NCBI GenBank assembly: GCA_963750645.1
Contig: CAVVRO010000008.1
Span: 770,238-834,237, forward strand
DNA length: 64,000 nucleotides
Source: an uncultured Microthrixaceae bacterium
Lineage (GTDB): Bacteria > Actinomycetota > Acidimicrobiia > Acidimicrobiales > VFJN01
Direction: 5' to 3'
Of the stretch, positions 47,339-57,377 are shown in pieces (position 1 is the stretch's first letter; every line of letters begins with the position of its first letter). A model generated the notes under the pieces. The model was not told where the DNA came from, did not search any database, and saw only the letters and a list, made by a program, of their open reading frames with translations. Position numbers and translations under genes: made by a program.

Positions 47339-48898
47339 TCAGCCCGCGGCCCCGGTGCGCTCGTACACGAGGGCCTCCAGGTCGAAGGTGCCCAGGGTTC
47401 GCTTCGTCTCGGTGAGCTCATACCCCTCGGGCAGCAGCTCGATGAGCTCCTTCGTCGCCGGCGCCATGTCCTCGAAGCTCATCACGATGATCGGCCCGCC
47501 ATCGGCAGCCGCGGCGGCCCGTCGGGCGACGTCAGCCGGCTCCGGCAGCACCTCCCCCACCGCGAACGGCGTCGTCATCTGCTCGGGTACGACGAGGCGG
47601 AAGACCTCGGCGCGGGGCGAGGACGTCTCGACGTCGAAGTTGGTGAGGGGCCCAGGGGTGAAGCCGGCCCCGTCGACGACCACGCTTCCAGGGTGCTCGT
47701 CGGCGAACTGCGCCAGCCCGGTGTAGTCGGGGCGCTGGAAGTCGGTGCCCAACATCTTCACCGCGCCGATCGCAAAGGCCGTGACCGCGAGGCCCGCGGC
47801 CACCATCCGCAGCGAGAACCGGCCCACGGTCACCAGCGCCGCCACGGCGAGGGCGAGGTAGGGCCACGAGGCGGCCAGGCTGCGCGTGCTGAAGACGTTG
47901 GGACCGAGGGCGCTCTCCAGGACGGTGCCGAGCGGCGTCGCGACGGCGAGCAGGACGACGAGGCCGAGGTGCCCACCGCGAGCCGCGAACCACGGCCCGA
48001 GCCGCGACCGGTTCGTGACGATCCCGTACAGCCCGACGCAGATGCTCGCCGCCAGCAGGAGCAGCGCGGGGACGCCCGGCAGATCGCTGAGCGTGCGCGG
48101 TGGACCGGCGAACGGGAAGCCGACGCTCCAGTGACCCAAGGTCAGGCGCGTCGCCTCCCAGCTGAACTTGGAGTAGTCGCTGAGGATGTCCGTCGTCGGC
48201 GAGTCCATGTCGCCCTTGAGACCCGACAGCCACGGCAGGTAGAGGAGCACGGCCGCCGACGTCGCGATCAGCAGCGGCCGGCGCGCTCTGGGATGAACCC
48301 ACAATGCCCAGCCGAACTGGGCCGCGAGCACGAAGACCGCGGTGTAGTGCGTGTAGGCAGCCAGGCAGACGGACAGCCCGTAGACGACCCACCAACGGCG
48401 TCGGCCGTCGTCGACCGCCACCAGCAGGGACCAGGTGGAGAGCAGGGCGAGGGCCATGAGGATGCCGTAGCCGCGCGCCTCGGCCGAGTAGAAGATCATG
48501 AACGGGCTCAGGGCGGTCAGGGTGGCCGCCAACAGCGCGGCACCCCGGCCGACGGTGCGGACGCCCACCGCGTAGACCAGCGGGATCGAGGCGATCCCGC
48601 CGACGAGCGCCGGGAGCCGCACGAGCACGGGGCTGAGCCCCATCCGGGTCGTCAGCCAGGACATGACGAAGCTGAACGGCGGGGTGATCTCGGCCGTGGT
48701 CCAGACGGTGTCCACGACCCCACGGAGCCCACGCGTGGACACCACCCAGTAGGTCGCGAGCTCGTCGGCGAACAGGTCCTGGGTCGCGGTGGCCAGCCGG
48801 AGGATCCCGCCCACGATCACCAGCGCGAGGACCGCCAGCGGGAGAGCCGCGGGGTGGTCCAGGACGCGCTTCAACCCTCTCTCGACGCCGAAGCGCAT
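47339..48898 (-). CDS. GT-C fold membrane glycosyltransferase (GT39/PMT-like)
   Basis: LFADE, PPF, RLP, YSAEARGY, YTHYT; many TM helices; AGGAGG RBS. Confidence 0.8.
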   Translation of the reverse strand: MRFGVERGLKRVLDHPAALPLAVLALVIVGGILRLATATQDLFADELATYWVVSTRGLRGVVDTVWTTAEITPPFSFVMSWLTTRMGLSPVLVRLPALVGGIASIPLVYAVGVRTVGRGAALLAATLTALSPFMIFYSAEARGYGILMALALLSTWSLLVAVDDGRRRWWVVYGLSVCLAAYTHYTAVFVLAAQFGWALWVHPRARRPLLIATSAAVLLYLPWLSGLKGDMDSPTTDILSDYSKFSWEATRLTLGHWSVGFPFAGPPRTLSDLPGVPALLLLAASICVGLYGIVTNRSRLGPWFAARGGHLGLVVLLAVATPLGTVLESALGPNVFSTRSLAASWPYLALAVAALVTVGRFSLRMVAAGLAVTAFAIGAVKMLGTDFQRPDYTGLAQFADEHPGSVVVDGAGFTPGPLTNFDVETSSPRAEVFRLVVPEQMTTPFAVGEVLPEPADVARRAAAAADGGPIIVMSFEDMAPATKELIELLPEGYELTETKRTLGTFDLEALVYERTGAAG

Positions 48899-48964
48899 GC
48901 TCCTCCTGTCGGCGGTGGTGCGAGCGACCGAAACTAGCAAGCGCCCGCACGAGAGACGGAGCGC

Positions 48965-50158
48965 TCAGGTCGCGGGCGTCTCGGCGACCGCTGGGTTGCG
49001 GCGCACGCGGTGCATGAGCGGACGCTCCAGCAGGTAGTAGCTCACCGCGGCACAGGTGACCGTGAGGGCGAAGGTGAGCACCGTGAGCGGCACGAACCCC
49101 TCGACGCCGGCGTCGATGAGGAAGATGAGGACGGGGAACTGCCAGAGGAAGATCCCGTAGGACACGAGCCCGAGCCAGATCAACGTGCGGTGACGGAGGG
49201 CGCGGCGCACGAGCCCGCCGCCGTCGGCACCGAAGATGGCGGGGAGCAGGATCAGCGCGGCGATCACACCGAAGAGCAGGTACTGCGTGACGTAGCTGCT
49301 GATCGCGACGATCGGGAAGGCCATCGACGGCGCCGGCACGACGACGATCGAGGCGAGCACGTAGAGCAGGACCCCAGCGAGCACGGGCAGACCCGGGTTG
49401 CGACGCAGCCAGCCGACGAAGGCGGGCTCGTGGGGGCGGCGGGTGGCGTGGACCGAGATCGCCGCCAAGGCGAGGCCGAGGCCGAACCACCAGCCCCTCC
49501 CGAGCGGGGAGAACCAGAGCCAGGTGTGCAGGTCACCCTTCGGTGCCGAGCTCTGGATCACGATCGAGATCGCGGTCAGGAGCGCAACGACCGCCAGCTC
49601 CAGCCGCAGCCAGCCACCTCGCCAGCGCGCGCCGAGCCACGCCATGGCGAGCACGAAGAGCGGCAGGGTCAGGTAGAAGAAGACCTCGATGGACAGGGTC
49701 CAGGCGATCGGGACGCCGCACCGGAACGGGTCGACCGCACAGGTGCCGGTCGGCTCGTACACGGGGTAGTTCTGGAGCAGGCCGTAGTACACCCACCAGT
49801 TGCCGCTGAAGGCCCCGGCCATGCCGGGGACGATCGCGGCGATCGTGAGGACAGCCCAGTAGGCGGGCGCGATGCGGACGAAGCGACGTTTGCCGTAGGC
49901 GGTGAAGGTCGTGCGATCGGTGCCCGCGATGCGGGCCTCGACGAAGGGCCGGTAGAGCAGGAACGCGGAGAGCAGGAAGAAGAAGGGGACACCGATGTCG
50001 AGGTGCGCGAGCAGGCGTCCGTAGCCCGGGTCGTCGAGGGCGTCGGAGAAGATGGCCGTGTGGACGAGGAGCACCGAGATCGCGGCGAGACCCCGAAGCG
50101 GATCGAGCATGAGGAACCGGTGGGCCGCTGAGGCCCTGGTCCCGTCGCTCACCGTCAC
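48965..50158 (-). CDS. Acyltransferase family 3 (OafA-like) membrane O-acyltransferase
   Basis: LDPLRGLAAISVLLVH, GVPFFFLLSAFLL, RRFVRIAPAYW, WTLSIEVFFY, GLVSYGIFLWQ, SYYLLERP. Confidence 0.9.
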   Translation of the reverse strand: MTVSDGTRASAAHRFLMLDPLRGLAAISVLLVHTAIFSDALDDPGYGRLLAHLDIGVPFFFLLSAFLLYRPFVEARIAGTDRTTFTAYGKRRFVRIAPAYWAVLTIAAIVPGMAGAFSGNWWVYYGLLQNYPVYEPTGTCAVDPFRCGVPIAWTLSIEVFFYLTLPLFVLAMAWLGARWRGGWLRLELAVVALLTAISIVIQSSAPKGDLHTWLWFSPLGRGWWFGLGLALAAISVHATRRPHEPAFVGWLRRNPGLPVLAGVLLYVLASIVVVPAPSMAFPIVAISSYVTQYLLFGVIAALILLPAIFGADGGGLVRRALRHRTLIWLGLVSYGIFLWQFPVLIFLIDAGVEGFVPLTVLTFALTVTCAAVSYYLLERPLMHRVRRNPAVAETPAT

Positions 50159-50323
50159 ACCGCGCCCTCCTCGAGCTCCTGCGTCACCCACGTCCGCCGC
50201 CACGCTACCGGTGCCCGTGGCCCCCGGCCGAGTGCGCGTGGACGCCGGGCCCCGTGCAAGGATTGCGCCCTTGAACGCCATGGCAGCCCACGACAGCCCG
50301 GCCCGCCGCACCGGGTCCTCCAG

Positions 50324-51085
50324 ATGAAGCGCACCGGCGAGCGGGTCATCACGGCCGCGGGCGGCTTCAACCCGACCTGGCAACGCCACGTGGCCGCGTA
50401 CGCCCTCGCCGACGGCTTCCTCCCACCCGGTCGGCTGCTCGACGTCGGGTGCGGGATCGGGCACAGCTACCACCTGCTGGCGCCCCGGGAGACCGTCGGC
50501 CTCGACATCTCCGCCGAAGCGCTGGAGGGCCAGGAGCGCGAGACGGTCGTCGCGGACATGCGGGTGCTTCCCTTCGACGACGGCGAGTTCTCCTCGGTGC
50601 TCTCGGTGCAGTCGCTCGAGCACGTACCCGACCCCGAGCGGGTCGTCGCCGAGGTCGCGCGGGTCCTCGAGCCGGGAGGCACGGCGATGTTCGTGACGCC
50701 GAACCGGCTCACGCTGGGACGACCAGACGAGATCATCGACCCGTACCACTTCCGCGAGTTCGACCACGCCGAGCTCGCGGAGCTCTGCGAGAAGCACTTC
50801 GCCCGGGTCCGGGTCCTCGGCCTGTTCGGATCGCCTCGGTACATGGAGATCGTCAACGAGGAGCGGGCCAAGCTCGAGCGGCTGCTCGCCAAGGACCCGC
50901 TGCGGCTCCGCCGCTTCGTCCCGATCCGCACCAAGCAGTGGCTGTACGACGCGGTGCTGCTCAGGAACCGCGAGAAGCCCGACGCGCGTGCCGAGGCGAT
51001 CGACGTGGACGACTTCGAGCTCCGCGACACCGACCTGCTCGAGGCGCTCGACGTCTGCGCGATCTGCGAGCGGACGGAGGCGTGA
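50324..51085 (+). CDS. Class I SAM-dependent methyltransferase
   Basis: RTGER, LDVGCGIG, LPFDDGEF, LEH, PGG..FVTPNR, PYHFRE. Confidence 0.9.
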   Translation: MKRTGERVITAAGGFNPTWQRHVAAYALADGFLPPGRLLDVGCGIGHSYHLLAPRETVGLDISAEALEGQERETVVADMRVLPFDDGEFSSVLSVQSLEHVPDPERVVAEVARVLEPGGTAMFVTPNRLTLGRPDEIIDPYHFREFDHAELAELCEKHFARVRVLGLFGSPRYMEIVNEERAKLERLLAKDPLRLRRFVPIRTKQWLYDAVLLRNREKPDARAEAIDVDDFELRDTDLLEALDVCAICERTEA

Positions 51086-51992
51086 CCCCGCAGGCCCCGA
51101 CCCCTGGGGCGACGGCCTGCCTCTGGTGCGGCCAGCCCTTCGACGAGCGGGCCACGCACCTCCACCTCCGCACGCGCTGCGGCGTCTGCGGGGCCGCCAC
51201 GACGGACCCGCCGCCCACCGAGGACGAGCTCGCCGCGGCCTACGGGGACTGGTACCGGCCCCACGCCCAGCGTCGCTTCTACTTCGCCGCCGACGCGATC
51301 CTCGGTCGCACGCGCGGGCTGCAAGCGGCCCGCATCGACGAGATCACGCCGGCGGGCCCGGTGCTCGACGTCGGCGCGGGTGACGGCACCCTGATCGACG
51401 CGCTGCGGGCCCGTGGACGCGAGGCGACCGGGCTCGAGCGGAACCCCGCGCGGCCGATCTGCGCGACGAGCCGCTGGCCGAGGTCAAGGGCGAGTGGGCG
51501 AGCGTCGTCTTCTGGCACTCGCTCGAGCACCTGCCCGATCCCGGCGAGGCGATCCGGCAGGCCGCCCGCCTCCTCGTGCCGGGGGGCACCGTCGTGGTCG
51601 CCGTGCCCAACAACGACAGCCTCCAGGCGCAGCTCTTCGGCGACCACTGGCTCCACCTCGACATGCCGCGCCACCTGGCCCATCTGTCGACCCGCTCCCT
51701 CCGGCGCGGCCTCAGACAGAACGGCTTCAAGATCGAGCGCGTCTCGTTCGTCCGGGGCGGGCAGATCATGATCGGCTGGCTCCAGGGCCTCGTCGGCCTG
51801 CTGCCGGGCCGACCCGACCTCTACCAGGCACTGCGCCGGGAGCAGGCACGCGGCGTCCACCAGTCAGCCGACAAGCGCATCCTCGCCATCGCCGCCGGCG
51901 TCCTGCTCTTCCCGGTCGCCGCCGTCGCCGCGCTCGTCGAGATCATCCTGCGACGCGCCGGGACGGTGTACATGGAGGCCAGGCTCGTCTGA
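51082..51992 (+). CDS. Zn-finger plus class I methyltransferase; apparent -1 frameshift near 51454
   Basis: CLWC..CGVC, LDVGAGDG; resumes in shifted frame as DLRDEPL..FWHSLEH..PGG..VPN..DMPRHL. Confidence 0.8.
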
Positions 51993-52017
51993 GGTGGAGG
52001 CCGCTGACCGGCCGCGA

Positions 52018-54375
52018 TCAACCCGACGTGCCCAGCGGGACCAGCTCCACGACCTCGAGCCCCTCCTCGGTGCGGACGAGCGTGCGCAGGTCGAACCGCT
52101 CGCCGATCTCCCGGAGGACCCACTCCTGCAGCCCGGCGAGGTCGGTCGGGACGATCGACTGGGCGCCGGAGTCCACCAGGGGGTCGAGCGACGGCTGTGC
52201 CCGGTAGCCCTCGAAGGCCTCCCGCCCTGGCCCATCGATGAGCATCCGGTCGCCCGCCTCGAGGCGGTCGACGAACTCCCCGAGCGGAACGAGGTGCTGC
52301 TCGGGGACGAAGCTGTCCTCCCAGGGATCCCCAAGCGGCACCGAGTTGCCGCGCGCCGTGCGCATCAGGATCTCGACCGACAGATCGGCGCTCGTGAGCA
52401 CGATGCTGCGCGCCTCGCCGGGCATGTACTGGTCCAGCAGCTGCTCCCCCACCGGGGCCTCCGGCCGCAGGGCAGGTGGGTTCCACACGCGGTCGAGCGC
52501 GGTGCGCAGCGATGTACCCCCCGGGACGGCGTGGGCAAGCACGGACTGCGAGTAGCGGGTCTCGACCGAGGACCAGGCAACGGCGACGAGCAGGGCCGAG
52601 AGCGCGAGCGCCATGGCGAGGGACGCGTGCCGGCCGACTCGGGAGACCTCGAGATCCGGGCAGAGGACGAGCGCCAGCCACAGCGCGCCGAGGGCGACCG
52701 TGGGAAGGCAGACGTACGGGATGATGTGATCGGCACCGCGGTTCACGATGTAGCTGAGGAGGGCGATGCCCCAGGCCGTCATGCCGGTGATCGCGACCAG
52801 CAGTGGCCGCTGTCTCGGGACGAGGTCGGCCCGGCGTATCACGATCAGCGAGAGCGCGGCGGCGCTGGCCAGGTACAGCGCGCCGACGGCGAACCCGGGC
52901 GAGAACCGCGAGAAGTCGTAGGTCCAGTCGCCGAGCTGACCGAAGAGGAACGCGCGCAGCGTGTTGAGGTACCACCCCCAGTCCGGCAGCTCACCGGTGA
53001 CTGCGAGGGTGCCTGCGATCAGCACCAGGTGCGCGAGCACGCAGGCGGCCGAGATCTGCACCACCCAGCGGAGCGCCTCACGGCGGCGTTCCCCTGCGGG
53101 CTGGGTCGCCACGCAGAAGGCAGCGATGGCCAGCACGGTGAGCAAGGTGTACGCGAACGCCTCCAGCGCCCACACCGAGGCGACGGCGACCGTGAGCAGC
53201 TGGAGCCCGCGAGCGGGAGTCGCCGCCCGCGGCCACCGCGCTTCGGCGACCGCGCCGACGACCACCCCGACCGGGAGCCCGAAGCGGATCGCGCCGTGCT
53301 GGAGCAGTGCCCCGACCGGGTACTGGAGCCCGTAGACGAGCACGATCACCCCGAGGGCCATCGCCGCGGCGGCGAGCAGCCTGGAGACGCCTGCGATGCG
53401 CAACGTCGCGAACGCACCGATGAACACGAGGGCCGAGAGCCCGCCTTCGATCAGGCCCAGGGTGGCGTTGCCGATGGGGATCACCGTGAACGCGCCGGCG
53501 AGGAAGTAGATCGAGCCGACCCCGTACTGCGAGAGCACCTCGACCAACATCGCGTCACCGGCCAGGATCTGGTTGGCAGGTCCGAGGAAGAAGTTCTGGT
53601 GGAACTGGATGATCGCCTGGTCGAACGGCACGGCCGGATCGCCCGAGACGGAGACCACGAGGCTGGGGACGGCCAGCAGGAGGAGCACCACGAGCGCCAC
53701 GTCGATCGCCGCGCCGAGCCATCTCGGCGTCGTGGGCACTCGAACCCGCTCCTGCAGCAGCAGCACCACCGTCACGAAGGCACCGCCGGCCAAGAGGATC
53801 GGCACCGAGACCGACTCGAGGTGCGTGAAGGACAGCACCACCGGGATCAGCAGCAGCCCGGTGACGGCCCAGACCCAACCGGCGCGGCGCCCCACGGTGG
53901 CCGAACCTCTCCAGTCGCGAGACGACGCCGCACGACCCAGCGTGACGGAGGCGAGGACCCACCAGAGCGCAGCGGCCGCGGCGAGCACCTCCGGCCCCCC
54001 GCCCCAGGGGAGCTCGTCGGACACCTTGGTGAACACGACCACCAGCGCGAGGCCTGCGCTCAAGAGGCCGACCGCGCCCGAGAGGGAGCCGGCGTTGGGC
54101 CCGGCCGCGATCCGATCAGAGATCCGCACCGCACCGACGACCCCCAGCGGCAGCAGCACGGCGTAGGCGACGACGTACATCAGCGTCTCCGCGTCCTGGT
54201 GGTGGTCGGGAAACGGCTCGGGGAGCGCGGTGACCGGCAGCAGGCGCCAGATCAGGGGGGCCAGCACCAGGACGGCACCGATCGCGAGCGAGATACCGAG
54301 CGCGATCTCCGGCCAGAGCCGCGTTGCCGCGCTCGGCGAGGGCCGTGCCGTCGCTCTGCTGTCCGCGCTGGCCAT
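52018..54375 (-). CDS. Large polytopic membrane protein, possibly GT-C-like
   Basis: 785-aa ORF with many TM helices and FHQNFFLGP...SQYG; lies in the glycan cluster; function is inference. Confidence 0.65.
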   Translation of the reverse strand: MASADSRATARPSPSAATRLWPEIALGISLAIGAVLVLAPLIWRLLPVTALPEPFPDHHQDAETLMYVVAYAVLLPLGVVGAVRISDRIAAGPNAGSLSGAVGLLSAGLALVVVFTKVSDELPWGGGPEVLAAAAALWWVLASVTLGRAASSRDWRGSATVGRRAGWVWAVTGLLLIPVVLSFTHLESVSVPILLAGGAFVTVVLLLQERVRVPTTPRWLGAAIDVALVVLLLLAVPSLVVSVSGDPAVPFDQAIIQFHQNFFLGPANQILAGDAMLVEVLSQYGVGSIYFLAGAFTVIPIGNATLGLIEGGLSALVFIGAFATLRIAGVSRLLAAAAMALGVIVLVYGLQYPVGALLQHGAIRFGLPVGVVVGAVAEARWPRAATPARGLQLLTVAVASVWALEAFAYTLLTVLAIAAFCVATQPAGERRREALRWVVQISAACVLAHLVLIAGTLAVTGELPDWGWYLNTLRAFLFGQLGDWTYDFSRFSPGFAVGALYLASAAALSLIVIRRADLVPRQRPLLVAITGMTAWGIALLSYIVNRGADHIIPYVCLPTVALGALWLALVLCPDLEVSRVGRHASLAMALALSALLVAVAWSSVETRYSQSVLAHAVPGGTSLRTALDRVWNPPALRPEAPVGEQLLDQYMPGEARSIVLTSADLSVEILMRTARGNSVPLGDPWEDSFVPEQHLVPLGEFVDRLEAGDRMLIDGPGREAFEGYRAQPSLDPLVDSGAQSIVPTDLAGLQEWVLREIGERFDLRTLVRTEEGLEVVELVPLGTSG

Positions 54376-54455
54376 GCTGCCCGTCTCTACGTCGACCCGT
54401 CCGAGCGCCCGACCGGCCCGGGCGGCGAGGTCAGACAGTAGTGGGCCCGGCCCTC

Positions 54456-54995
54456 CTACTGGTCGGCACCCGTCCCGGCCGTCGTCTCGGTGACGTGCAT
54501 CGCGCTCTCCTCGGGACCGAGCTCGGCATCCTCGTCCTCCTCCTCCGACGGCAGGAACTCCGGGTGTCGGCGGCCCTCACGGGCCGCGATGTCCTCCGCG
54601 AAGGCGGCCGCACCGGGCCGCGCGGTCAGCGCCTGCTCCAGCTCCCACCGCGTCTCGTGCTCGATGCAGAAGCGCGTGGCAGGTACGGCTTCGAGGCGGT
54701 CGTCGGGGATCGGTGCATCGCACGCCTCACACAGGCCATAGCTGCCCCGTTCCAGCCGCGCGAGCGCGTCGCGCACGTCGCGCAGGTCGTTGTCGATGGC
54801 GACGAGGATCGACAGGTCCTTCTCGCGCTCGAACATCTCGCTGGCGATGTCGGCCTGGTGCTGATCGAGCACCGACAGCTCCGCGGCGGTCTCGCCCTCC
54901 GACTCGTGAGGGAACTCGCCTTCCAGCCCGCGTCGCACCTCCAGCAAGCGCTCGCGCTCCGCCTCCAACAACCGCATCGACGTCTGGACATCCAT
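54456..54995 (-). CDS. TraR/DksA C4-type zinc finger protein (YteA-like)
   Basis: Coiled coil, ELSVLDQHQAD, ALARLERGSYGLCEAC...RLEAVP..RFCIEH; GGAGG RBS. Confidence 0.88.
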   Translation of the reverse strand: MDVQTSMRLLEAERERLLEVRRGLEGEFPHESEGETAAELSVLDQHQADIASEMFEREKDLSILVAIDNDLRDVRDALARLERGSYGLCEACDAPIPDDRLEAVPATRFCIEHETRWELEQALTARPGAAAFAEDIAAREGRRHPEFLPSEEEDEDAELGPEESAMHVTETTAGTGADQ

Positions 54996-55043
54996 CACGC
55001 GCACCTCCTGGACCCAGCGTGACGGACGACCCCGCCCGTGAAC

Positions 55044-55131
55044 AGAGGCGTTGGTCCCGGTGCGATCCAGCCGACGATCCGACCTCGCGGTCGCGGTTCG
55101 CGAGCGGGTCGGACTGGGGACCATCGGCCCT
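55044..55131. promoter_or_regulatory. Two divergent DosR/DevR-like boxes
   Basis: GGGACCAACGCCTCT on - strand (55044-55058, toward the DksA-like gene) and GGGACCATCGGCCCT on + strand (55117-55131, toward the PRTase fusion). Confidence 0.6.
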
Positions 55132-55178
55132 AGCCGTCTGAGACCGCGCACGGGCATGGTGGATGGCGGAGGTGCGCC

Positions 55179-56519
55179 ATGGTCTTCTCGGATCGCGTGG
55201 ACGCCGGCCGGCGGCTGGCGGCGAGGCTGCTGCATCTGCGGGGCGAGCCGGTGGTCGTGCTGGGCCTCCCCCGGGGAGGCGTCCCCGTCGCGGCAGAGGT
55301 CGCGGCCGCCCTCGACGCGCCGCTCGACGTGATCGTCGTGCGCAAGCTCGGCGTGCCGTTCCAGCCCGAGCTCGGCATGGGTGCCATCGGGGAGGACGGG
55401 GCCCGGGTCGTCAACGACGAGATCGTCCGCATGGCCAGGGTGACCGAGCACCAGCTGGCCGACGTGGAGGCACGGGAGCGAGCCGAGCTGGAACGGCGCG
55501 CGCGGCGGTTCCGTGGCGATCGGCCCCGGGAGCCGCTGGAGGGGCGGGTCGCGGTGGTGGTCGATGACGGCATCGCCACCGGCTCGACGGCTCGGGCGGC
55601 CTGTCAGGTCGCCCGTGCCCACGGGGCCGCTCGCGTGGTGCTCGCGGTGCCGGTGGCCCCGGCGGACTGGACCACGCGCTTCGTCGGTGTCGCCGACGAG
55701 CTGGTCTGCGTGGACACCCCTGAGCCGTTCTTCGCGATCGGCCAGTTCTACGCCGACTTCTCGCAGACGCCCGACGACGAGGTGGTGGCGTGCTTGCAGC
55801 GCGCCCACGACCGCGTGCCGGGGATGGTGGCGGGCGCCGGTGTGACGAGCGACGATCCACCCGCCCGTGACGAGGAGGTCATCGTGCACGCCGGAGCGCT
55901 CCGCCTCGGCGGCCATCTCACGCTTCCCGAACGGGCCACCGCGGTCGTCGTGTTCGCGCACGGCAGCGGGAGCAGCCGCCACAGTCCTCGCAACCGCTAC
56001 GTCGCGTCCGTCCTCAACGAGGCCGGGCTCGGGACGCTCCTGTTCGACCTGCTCACCGCGGAGGAGGAGCACGATCGGGCCAACGTGTTCGACATCGAGC
56101 TCCTCGCGGAGCGCCTCGCCGACGTCACCCGCTGGCTGCGCACCCGGCCAGAGCTCGCGGGTCTCCCCATCGGGTACTTCGGCGCGAGCACCGGTGCGGC
56201 AGCCGCGCTCTGGGCCGCCACCGAACCGGGCGTGGACGTCGCCGCGGTGGTCTCACGTGGCGGCCGGCCGGACCTCGCCGCCCCTCGCCTCCCGATGGTC
56301 GTGGCTCCCACCCTGCTCATCGTCGGAGGCCACGACGACGTCGTGCTCGACCTCAACCACCAGGCCCGGGCACGGCTCGAGCGGTGCGAGAGCAGCCTCA
56401 CCGTCATCCCGGGGGCCACGCACCTCTTCGAGGAGTCCGGCACCCTCCAGGAGGCTGCCGTGGCGGCGCGCGACTGGTTCACCCACCACCTGGCGCGACC
56501 CCCGCACCTGGCGGGGTGA
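55179..56519 (+). CDS. Phosphoribosyltransferase + alpha/beta (dienelactone hydrolase-like) fusion, Rv0571c-like
   Basis: FSDRVDAG, LPRGGVP, VVDDGIATG; then FAHGSGSSRHSPRN, GYFGASTG, SRGGRPDLA, GATHLFEE. Confidence 0.9.
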   Translation: MVFSDRVDAGRRLAARLLHLRGEPVVVLGLPRGGVPVAAEVAAALDAPLDVIVVRKLGVPFQPELGMGAIGEDGARVVNDEIVRMARVTEHQLADVEARERAELERRARRFRGDRPREPLEGRVAVVVDDGIATGSTARAACQVARAHGAARVVLAVPVAPADWTTRFVGVADELVCVDTPEPFFAIGQFYADFSQTPDDEVVACLQRAHDRVPGMVAGAGVTSDDPPARDEEVIVHAGALRLGGHLTLPERATAVVVFAHGSGSSRHSPRNRYVASVLNEAGLGTLLFDLLTAEEEHDRANVFDIELLAERLADVTRWLRTRPELAGLPIGYFGASTGAAAALWAATEPGVDVAAVVSRGGRPDLAAPRLPMVVAPTLLIVGGHDDVVLDLNHQARARLERCESSLTVIPGATHLFEESGTLQEAAVAARDWFTHHLARPPHLAG

Positions 56520-56528
56520 CCGCGAAGG

Positions 56529-57326
56529 TCACTCGAGTGTGATCAGCCCGTAGTGGCCGTCATAGCGGTGGTAGAGCACGTTGCCGCGCCCGGTCGCGGC
56601 GTCGGCGAAGAACACGTGGCGCTCACTGCCCGCCGCCATCCGCTCGATGGCCTCGTCCACCGTGAGCGTCGGGGCCGGGAGCGCCACCACCTCCAGCGCG
56701 ACGGCAGTCGGTCCGGTGTCGACCGCGGTCCCACGCAGGCGCGTCAGACGGCAGGCGTCCGGCCCTCCCCGCTCGAGGAGCGCGTCCTCGCCGCTGGCGA
56801 GCTCCCGGAACAGGTAGAAGTCGAAGTCGAGCTGCGCCATGTCGAAGGCTGCCTCGTCCGGCGTGAGCTCGTCGGGCACGAACGCCTTGTGGCGAACCAC
56901 CTCGCGCTCCTCGTCGGGCCGGTCGAACCAGTCGGGACGCGCCGTCGGCGGGTCACCATGACGCCACTCGCCGGGATCCGGGGTCGCGTGGCGCTTCCGC
57001 AGGGCCAGCCGGTGCTCGGCTCGATGCTGGAGCTTGTCGCGCAGCCGCTCCTTCAACAGGTCGATCGCCTCGTTCATCACGTGTCCAGCCAGCTGCGCCC
57101 GCACGAGGTCGCCGTCGATGTCGACCGAGACCTGGGCGATGGCGGGCCGCTCGCGGGCCGGGTCGGGTGCCTGGGTCAGCTTCACCTGGGCGAGGAGGAC
57201 GGGCTCCTCGATGTGCCCGATCACGGCGCCGAGCTGCCGCTCGGCATAGGCGCGAGCCTCGTCTGCGACGTCGCCACGGGTGACGATGGTCAGCGCTCCG
57301 GTCCTCTGGTCGACTGCATCAGGCAT
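56529..57326 (-). CDS. Ribosome hibernation factor-like protein (HPF/RaiA fold + duplicated S30EA C-terminal domain; RafH/Rv0079-like)
   Basis: AIDLLKERL, EWRH, VVRHKAF...EAAFDMAQLDFDFYLF, VLYHRYDGHYGLI. Confidence 0.85.
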   Translation of the reverse strand: MPDAVDQRTGALTIVTRGDVADEARAYAERQLGAVIGHIEEPVLLAQVKLTQAPDPARERPAIAQVSVDIDGDLVRAQLAGHVMNEAIDLLKERLRDKLQHRAEHRLALRKRHATPDPGEWRHGDPPTARPDWFDRPDEEREVVRHKAFVPDELTPDEAAFDMAQLDFDFYLFRELASGEDALLERGGPDACRLTRLRGTAVDTGPTAVALEVVALPAPTLTVDEAIERMAAGSERHVFFADAATGRGNVLYHRYDGHYGLITLE

Positions 57327-57377
57327 CTCGACTCCTTCCGACGACGACGATGCTCCTCCGCGGTCGGTGCGCTCAGT

